Assembly (NCBI GenBank): GCA_031431875.1
Contig: JANPEF010000112.1
Coordinates: forward strand, 1 to 17,559
Direction of reading: 5' to 3'
Length of the DNA stretch: 17,559 nt
Source: Candidatus Eiseniibacteriota bacterium
GTDB taxonomy: Bacteria; Eisenbacteria; RBG-16-71-46; DASYSL01
In this document: piece after piece, positions 9,580-17,559 of the stretch
How positions within the stretch are numbered: the first letter of the stretch is position 1
Layout: each line of letters starts with the position of its first letter
The notes under the pieces: generated by a model
What the model saw: only the letters and a program-made list of their open reading frames with translations
Databases searched by the model: none
Told to the model about the DNA's origin: nothing
Translations under genes and position numbers: made by a program

Positions 9580-10800
9580 TCAGTTCAGGATGACGGTGCG
9601 CGTGTACTTCACGCCGTCGACCCGGAGCAGGGCGAAGTACGTGCCGGCGCCGATGTCCCGACGCTCGAGGCGCACCGTGTGCGAACCCGCATCGCGGGTC
9701 TCCTCCAGCACGTCCGCGATCTTGCGGCCCGACACCGAGTACAGCGCCAGCGACACGCGCGCGCTCTTCGGCAGCGAAAACGCGAGATCCGCGCTTCCCC
9801 GCGACGGGTTTGGTACCGCGCCGGCGAACGACACGGCTCCGACGGCGATCAGGTCATTGTGCGTCGAGGCCAGCTCCGGCGCCATCGACGCCGCGTTCAG
9901 CAAGCTCGGGCGGTATATGGGCACGATGCTGTCCATGCGCACGTCCTGGCCGGCGGTGAAGTTGGTCAGGCAGATGTCGTAGCTGTAATCCATGTAGTTC
10001 GAGATCGGGTCGAGCCCCGGAAGCGACGGGCAGGTGTCGCGCTGCAGTGAGCACGTGCCGCCCGTGTACGCCGACGCCTCGTACGGCGTGTCGTCCACGT
10101 AGTCGCCGGGAGCGGTGCAGCCGCCCTGGAACGTGTGGTAGAGCCCGAGGTAGTGGCCCACCTCGTGCGTCGCCGTCTCGCCCTGGTTGTAGGCGGTAAA
10201 CGCGCCGCCCGGAAGCGAGGCGTAGTGGACGACGACACCGTGGCGCTTGTCGGTCTCGGGGAACGAGTTCGGGAAGTACGCCCAGCCGAGCAGGTTCTGT
10301 CCCGGCTTGCAGGTGTAGATATTGAGGCGCGTCGCCGGCGTGACGGCGAGCGCGTTCTTGGCCTGCGTCTCCTTGTTGGTCTGCGGGGTCATCGTGAACC
10401 ACTGGGCGTTGAACGTGTGGGTCGGCGGCGAAGCCAGCACAAACGAATAGCCTGTGCCTTGGTACGTCGAATTGAGCGTCGCGATCTGCGCCGCAACCTG
10501 GGTGTCCGAAACATTGCCCTCGTTGTTGCGTCCGTAGATGACGTGGAATGCGACCTGGATCTGTCCGCCGACCGCGTTCGTCTGGCCGTAGGTCCGCAGC
10601 CAACGGTCGACCTGACTCTGCACGCCCTGCATTTCCTCTGACGTCGGCGTTGGCGTTCCGCAGGTGCGGGCGCCGCCGTCGAAGTCGTCGGTGACGACAC
10701 GACCGTTGGCATTCGAAGACTGGGCGAAGCAGAGGGAGACCGAACCCGCCAGGACGACGGCGGCAAGCAGGGAGCACAGGGCAGTGATCCGGACCTTCAT
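9580..10800 (-). CDS. M43 family (ulilysin/pappalysin-like) zinc metalloprotease with T9SS type A-like C-terminal domain
   Basis: GGAGG RBS and ATG 10800. Signal peptide, 'RTCGT' cysteine-switch prosegment, HEVGHYLGLYHT, Met-turn NYMDYS, C-terminal 'PNPSRG...LYSVSGRKI...GTYFALL'. Confidence 0.93.
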   Translation of the reverse strand: MKVRITALCSLLAAVVLAGSVSLCFAQSSNANGRVVTDDFDGGARTCGTPTPTSEEMQGVQSQVDRWLRTYGQTNAVGGQIQVAFHVIYGRNNEGNVSDTQVAAQIATLNSTYQGTGYSFVLASPPTHTFNAQWFTMTPQTNKETQAKNALAVTPATRLNIYTCKPGQNLLGWAYFPNSFPETDKRHGVVVHYASLPGGAFTAYNQGETATHEVGHYLGLYHTFQGGCTAPGDYVDDTPYEASAYTGGTCSLQRDTCPSLPGLDPISNYMDYSYDICLTNFTAGQDVRMDSIVPIYRPSLLNAASMAPELASTHNDLIAVGAVSFAGAVPNPSRGSADLAFSLPKSARVSLALYSVSGRKIADVLEETRDAGSHTVRLERRDIGAGTYFALLRVDGVKYTRTVILN

Positions 10801-10968
10801 GCGTTTCCTCCAAGGGGAAGGAGGGGCACGCCACGGCCCCGGCGGGGGAGATTCGGCGCATGCGCCGTCTTCCCAGATCGCCCGGCCGCGACAGGGGTAC
10901 GAGTCTGTCAGAGAAGGGTGTCCGGCCACCAGCGCCAAATGCGAAGAGTTTGATTCGGGGAGGGGCGG

Positions 10969-12516
10969 CTACCCTCGCAACTGTCGCGCCCGCACCGCGA
11001 ATGCGACGAGCAGGCATGCCGCTGTCGCCGCGAACCACACCGGCGGATGCCCCGCACCCGTCGCACCCATGAAGTCGAGCGGCGGCGTCCGATTCGCCGG
11101 GCCGATGTACCACAACACCGTGTAGAACACCTCGAACAACTTGTTCCCGCGCGACAGGAGGCCCAGCACGAGGGCCAGCGCGGGGATGAACAGCACGGCG
11201 GCGGCCCAGGCGGCGAACCCGCTCCAATCCGCAGACATCGCGAGGCGCACCCCAACGCCCGAGCCCATCGCCGCGGTCAGCAGGACGCCCGCGATCCAGG
11301 CCGCGGGCAGCTGGCGCGTCAGGGCGCCGGGCGCCGACAGCACGAACGCCTCGGTCCCGAAGCGCGCATCGCGTCCACCCAGTTGCGACCAGACGAGCAG
11401 CGGCCAGATCCACGCCGCGATCAGCACCCCAGATCGGGCAGCCGGCAGCGGCGCCACCCAGCCCGCAATGATCAGGCCGAGCGCGGCCAGCGCCCACCAG
11501 CGATTCGCGCCACGCAGCAGCAGGCGAAGCTCCGAACCGATGATTCCGCGCGGCAGCCCGTCGAGCGGCGAGGGCCAGGCGCGGCGGGCTGCCGGCTTTG
11601 CAGCGGGTGCAGCGGCACGGCCGGCACGCTTCGGCAGCGCGATCCGCATGCGCCGGCGTGCCGGGTCGAAGCGATGAAACGGCACGGCGGCGAGCGCCGC
11701 GACGCCCACGGCGAACAGCAGCCAGGCCAGGCGCGAGGCGAGGAAGAGTGGCGTCCAGGCCACGCCTGTCCACAGGAAGCGCACGGGCGTGGCCCGCGCC
11801 ATCCCGGGGTTCATCTGGACGGAGAAGTGCGATGGATCGACGCCGAGCTGCGCCTGGGCCGCCGCGGCCATGCTCTTCTGGATGATGAGGATGCCCCACG
11901 GATCGAGCAGCGGCGTCTTCGCGCTGATCGAAGCGACGAGCAGCCCCGACCAGGCGAACATCCAAAGCGCGTTCGCCGCGCCACCGCGCAGGCCCGGCGT
12001 GGTCTCGAACAGGATCGCGAGCGCGGCGGTGAGCGCAAACGCCGGGACTCCACAGATCACGAACGGGGCGAGAAACGTCAGCAGGTCGAAGCCGCCGCCG
12101 CCGCCGCCCTGCACGAGCAGGAGGGTGATGCCGCACAGTGCGAGGATCGCCACCATCGCCTCGAGCACCAGGAAGTGCGAAGCCGCCTTGCCGATCGTGT
12201 ACTCGACGCGCGACAGCGGCGTCGTGGCGAGGATCGGTCCGACACCGGTGCGCTCGTCACGATCGACCGCGTTCTTCACGATCCAGAAACCGATCAGGGA
12301 CAGGAACGAGATCGCCACGATGGTCATCATGCCGCCGACCCAGGCGGCGTTGATCGTGCCCTGGGCATCGCCGATGTTCACCGACACGGTGCCGTCGAAC
12401 GTGCCGGCCCCGAGCCACAGGACGAGCCCCAGAGTGATGAGGAACGAGTAGCGACGCACGCGCTCGAGCACGTCGGCCCAGGCGAGCGCCGCGATCGCTT
12501 CGAGGCGGCGGCTCAC
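10969..12516 (-). CDS. ABC transporter permease (multi-TM, ABC-2-like)
   Basis: GTG 12516 overlaps the ATPase stop (GTGA). Many TM helices and the 'DRDERTGVGPILATTPLSRVEYTIGK' ABC-2-type loop. 515 aa. Confidence 0.85.
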   Translation of the reverse strand: MSRRLEAIAALAWADVLERVRRYSFLITLGLVLWLGAGTFDGTVSVNIGDAQGTINAAWVGGMMTIVAISFLSLIGFWIVKNAVDRDERTGVGPILATTPLSRVEYTIGKAASHFLVLEAMVAILALCGITLLLVQGGGGGGFDLLTFLAPFVICGVPAFALTAALAILFETTPGLRGGAANALWMFAWSGLLVASISAKTPLLDPWGILIIQKSMAAAAQAQLGVDPSHFSVQMNPGMARATPVRFLWTGVAWTPLFLASRLAWLLFAVGVAALAAVPFHRFDPARRRMRIALPKRAGRAAAPAAKPAARRAWPSPLDGLPRGIIGSELRLLLRGANRWWALAALGLIIAGWVAPLPAARSGVLIAAWIWPLLVWSQLGGRDARFGTEAFVLSAPGALTRQLPAAWIAGVLLTAAMGSGVGVRLAMSADWSGFAAWAAAVLFIPALALVLGLLSRGNKLFEVFYTVLWYIGPANRTPPLDFMGATGAGHPPVWFAATAACLLVAFAVRARQLRG

Positions 12517-13376
12517 AGCCCGATCCTCGCCAGGTAGGCGTCTTCGAGCGTCGGTGTGGCCGGCATCGCGCCCGCCGTGGGGGCGCTCGCCGCGACGACG
12601 CGGACGCGCACGCCATCGGGCCGGCGGATCGCGCTGCTGACACGATGCTGCTGCTTGAGCGCGGGGAGCGCCTCGACGGGGACGGTCCACTCCCAGACCT
12701 GGCCCTCGGTCGCGGCGATCAACTCATCGGGGGTGGAGCAGGCAAGCAGTTGTCCCTTGTCCATGAGGGCGATGCGCTCGGCGGTCGATTCGAGATCGGA
12801 CACGATGTGGGTCGAGAGGAGCACGATGCGATCGTGCGCCAGGTCGGCCAGCAGGTTGCGGAAGCGCACACGCTCCTCGGGATCGAGGCCCACCGTGGGC
12901 TCGTCGACGATCAGGAGCCGCGGCTCGTGCAACAGAGCCTGGGCGATCCCGATGCGCTGCCGCATGCCGCCCGAGTAGCCGCCCAGCGGCCGGCGCGCGG
13001 CATCGGCCAGGTTGACGAGGGCGAGCACCTCCGGGATCCGGGCCCGCCGGACCGCGCCGCCGAGGCCGCGCACGGCGCCCAGGTAGTCGAGGAACTCGAT
13101 CGCGTTGAGGTGCGGATAGACCCCGAAGTCCTGCGGCAGGTAGCCGAGCGTGGCGCGCAGCGCCCCGGGGTGGGCGTGGACGTCCTCGCCGTCGAGCGTC
13201 ACCCTGCCCTCGCTGGGGCGGGTGATGGTGGCGAGGATCTTCATCAGGGTGGACTTGCCAGCGCCGTTCGGGCCGAGCAGGCCGAGGACACCGGGGGCGA
13301 GCTCGAGCGAGAATCCACGCAGCGCCCAGAGCCCGCCCTGATACTGTTTGCCGACATTCTCCAGTTGGAGTCGCAT
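12513..13376 (-). CDS. ABC transporter ATP-binding protein (exporter type)
   Basis: ATG 13376 after GGAG. Walker A GPNGAGKST, signature YSGGMRQR, Walker B LLIVDE, H-loop STH. Confidence 0.95.
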   Translation of the reverse strand: MRLQLENVGKQYQGGLWALRGFSLELAPGVLGLLGPNGAGKSTLMKILATITRPSEGRVTLDGEDVHAHPGALRATLGYLPQDFGVYPHLNAIEFLDYLGAVRGLGGAVRRARIPEVLALVNLADAARRPLGGYSGGMRQRIGIAQALLHEPRLLIVDEPTVGLDPEERVRFRNLLADLAHDRIVLLSTHIVSDLESTAERIALMDKGQLLACSTPDELIAATEGQVWEWTVPVEALPALKQQHRVSSAIRRPDGVRVRVVAASAPTAGAMPATPTLEDAYLARIGL

Positions 13377-13419
13377 GGGCTCCCTACGCACGCGGGGCCT
13401 TTCGGGTTCCATGCACGGG

Positions 13420-13902
13420 CTAGGTGGTCGTGCTGTTGCCGCCCTTCGGCCACACCAACCACGACGACAGGAGAAGCGCGATGCCGATGAAGACCGGCAG
13501 GATCCCGACGGCCCAGACGGCATCGTCCTGACCATGGGACCGGTCGTAGCCGGTGATGAAGTAGAGGAACATCGCAAGTCCAACGCCGCCGAACAGCGTG
13601 ATGAGGCCGCCGATGAGCAGGCCCTGCGCCCGGTGCCGCTGGGCCGCCGCCGGGTTGAAGCCGGCCAGCATCTCGATGTTGCTCTGCCCGGGTAACTGGA
13701 CGATCGGCAGCTGCGCCGGATCGATGCCGCGCTGGATCGCGGCGATGCGCTCGCGCTGCGTGTTCTCGATCAGCCGGGCCTCGGTCATCTGCTTGACGAT
13801 GCCCGCGGTGATGCCGCCGACGATGGCGACGATCGGGATGGAGAAGATCATGATCGGCAGGATCGTGTCGGTATCGAAAATGGCCCCGATGAGATACAGC
13901 AT
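13420..13902 (-). CDS. DUF6249-like membrane protein
   Basis: AGGAG RBS and ATG 13902. N-terminal TM, 'RERIAAIQRG', then two C-terminal TMs ('GVGLAMFLYF', 'GILPVFIGIALLL'). Divergent from an ECF sigma. Family call is from memory of the motif. Confidence 0.75.
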   Translation of the reverse strand: MLYLIGAIFDTDTILPIMIFSIPIVAIVGGITAGIVKQMTEARLIENTQRERIAAIQRGIDPAQLPIVQLPGQSNIEMLAGFNPAAAQRHRAQGLLIGGLITLFGGVGLAMFLYFITGYDRSHGQDDAVWAVGILPVFIGIALLLSSWLVWPKGGNSTTT

Positions 13903-13986
13903 GGCGTGGACTCCTGGGTTCGGGGGCGCCGGCCGGTCCACCGGCGATCGGTGGAACACGGGCTCCTGGCCCCGGGACGTCCGCAT

Positions 13987-14014
13987 GGACGGGGGAGGAT
14001 CGGCGATGGGTTTC
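13987..14014 (-). promoter_or_regulatory. ECF sigma promoter driving the DUF6249-ABC operon
   Basis: Minus strand GAAACC-N17-CGTCC. Confidence 0.65.
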
Positions 14015-14027
14015 AACCAACTTTCCC

Positions 14028-14055
14028 GAAACCTCCCGGACCCCTGGGCCGGTCC
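14028..14055 (+). promoter_or_regulatory. ECF sigma autoregulatory promoter (leaderless)
   Basis: GAAACC-N17-GGTCC, 6 nt before GTG-ATG (14062/14065). No SD sequence. Confidence 0.65.
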
Positions 14056-14064
14056 CAACCCGTG

Positions 14065-14652
14065 ATGGACGACCGTCCCGCCGATCCGGACCACGAACTC
14101 GTCGAGCGGGCCCGCGGGGGTAGCGAGGGCGCGTTCAGCGAGCTCGTGGGGCGACACCAGGGGCGCATCCTGGGCCTCGCCTGGCGGGTCGCCGGCTCCC
14201 GGGCCGAGGCCGAGGAGATCGCGCAGGACGCGTTCGTCCGGGCCTGGCAGGCGCTGCCGGGGTTTCGTGGCGAGTCGCGGTTCTCGACCTGGCTGCACCG
14301 GATCACCACCCGGGTCGCACTCGATCGGCGCGAGGTCGTCCGCCGCCGCGAGCGCAGGGAGGTCGGGGTCGAGGAGGAGGTCCTTGCCGCCTTCGCCGCG
14401 ACACCCGAGGCGGGGAGCGACGGGGATCGGATCACGGCCCGGGCGCGGATCGCGCTCCTGGCCGGGCTCAGCGAGGCGCAGCACACGGTGGTCACCCTGC
14501 ACTACCTCGAGGATCGATCGGTGATCGAGGTGGCGCAGGCGATGAACCTGCCGGAGAATACGGTGAAGACGCACCTGTCCCGGGCCCGCGCGGTGATGCG
14601 CGAGGCATTCCTCCGGGCCGAGGCGAAGCAGAGGGGAGTCGCCGTCCGATGA
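14065..14652 (+). CDS. ECF-type RNA polymerase sigma factor
   Basis: Region 2 '[13 protein letters not shown]...[14 protein letters not shown]' and region 4 '[21 protein letters not shown]'. Start is ATG 14065 or GTG 14062. Confidence 0.95.
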   Translation: MDDRPADPDHELVERARGGSEGAFSELVGRHQGRILGLAWRVAGSRAEAEEIAQDAFVRAWQALPGFRGESRFSTWLHRITTRVALDRREVVRRRERREVGVEEEVLAAFAATPEAGSDGDRITARARIALLAGLSEAQHTVVTLHYLEDRSVIEVAQAMNLPENTVKTHLSRARAVMREAFLRAEAKQRGVAVR

Positions 14653-15274
14653 ACGGGTTCGACTGCACGCAGTTCCAGCGCTGGCTCGACGACGGAGCTC
14701 TCGCCGCAGGCGACGATTCTGCGATGAGCGCAGGCACCCACGTCGCGGTCTGTGCCGAGTGTGCGGCGCTGCTCTCCGCCGATCGTTCGGTGGCGCGGCT
14801 GTTCACCACGTCGATCTCCGCATCGCTCGCCCCGGTCCCGACGGATTTCGCCGCCCGCGTGATGGCGCGCGTTGTGCTCACGCCACAACTGCGTCCGGTC
14901 GCCGCCACGATGGATCCCGCGCTGGCGAGACTGCCGGCCGATCCGCTACCGTGGTGGATCCGCGCGGTCGCCCGCCCCGAAGGCGCCGTCGCGTGCGCGA
15001 TCGCCGGCCTCGCGCTCCTGTTCTCGCCACAGCTATTCGGCCTCGCGCGTGTCGCGCCGCAGTGGAGCAGCGCTGCGCTCGGCACGCTGACACTGCTCGT
15101 CTCGCCGTGGCTTGCGCCCGTCCTCGAGCGCATCGCGGCGCGGCCGCTGGTCGGGGTCGGCATCGGGCTCGCCCTCGTGCCGCTGGTCGCGCTCGCGACC
15201 TGGGCCCTGTACCGCCTGGGATTGCAGCTCGCGCGGGTGCGCCTCGTGCCCGTCGTGGTCCGGGGCGGCCGCGC

Positions 15275-15278
<4 letters not shown>
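14649..15278 (+). CDS. Membrane-bound zinc-finger (ZAS/zf-HC2) anti-sigma factor
   Basis: ATGA overlap with the sigma gene. C6-x24-H31-x3-C35-x2-C38, '[12 protein letters not shown]', and C-terminal hydrophobic helices. Confidence 0.85.
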
Positions 15279-17377
<2,099 letters not shown>

Positions 17378-17559
17378 ATGCCTTCGCTTGATTCGGCAAC
17401 GCCCCGGACCTCAAAGGCGTGTTCGACGGCGAACAAGGCGGCCCTGCGACGCATCAGCCCTCCGACGGGTCATCTGGCTTCGTCTCTGGCGGCGCAACCT
17501 CTCTCCTCGGGATCGCCTGACCCGATGCCTTGCCATTGGCTGCTGAATGTTGCCGAATC
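17378..17559. repeat. Palindromic repeat / MITE-like element, truncated at window end
   Basis: Perfect 11-bp inverted repeat GATTCGGCAAC (17390-17400) / GTTGCCGAATC (17549-17559), with nested inner pairs CAAGGC/GCCTTG and GACG/CGTC. Confidence 0.55.

Noticed and set aside
7795..12537. Long Arg/Ala/Pro-rich ORFs (7795..10050, 9854..12136, 11047..12537)
   Set aside because: Antisense or off-frame shadows of well-supported genes.
13937..13955. TCCACCG/CGGTGGA hairpin in the DUF6249 leader as a riboswitch
   Set aside because: A 7-bp stem only, with no recognisable aptamer features.
14759..15274. N-terminal extension of YyaL
   Set aside because: It overlaps the anti-sigma gene. The family N-terminus 'NRL..EKSPYL' starts just after TTG 15275.

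Overview
High-GC bacterial window with about 18 protein-coding genes. No rRNA, tRNA, CRISPR array or transposase was seen. Left to right: partial DUF885-family metallopeptidase-like gene and SURF1 gene (-); two coupled small membrane proteins (+); ettA, a VOC protein, a secreted Cys-rich protein, a small alpha/beta-barrel protein and a truncated paralog of the secreted protein (+); a GT1 glycosyltransferase coupled to a stand-alone MurC/Mpl-like ligase (-); an M43 metalloprotease with a T9SS-like C-terminal tail (-); an ABC permease/ATPase and DUF6249-like protein (-) divergent from an ECF sigma, zinc-finger anti-sigma and YyaL/SPATA20-like gene (+); and a palindromic repeat-like element cut by the right edge. 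The main signals are: (1) two paralogs ending in VPAxxSTWGxIKxxYRR-stop, a candidate uncharacterised C-terminal sorting signal; (2) back-to-back GAAACC-N17-(C/G)GTCC promoters that outline a small ECF regulon; (3) several apparently leaderless genes. By inference only, the C-terminal tails suggest an FCB-related uncultured lineage such as Ca. Eisenbacteria.
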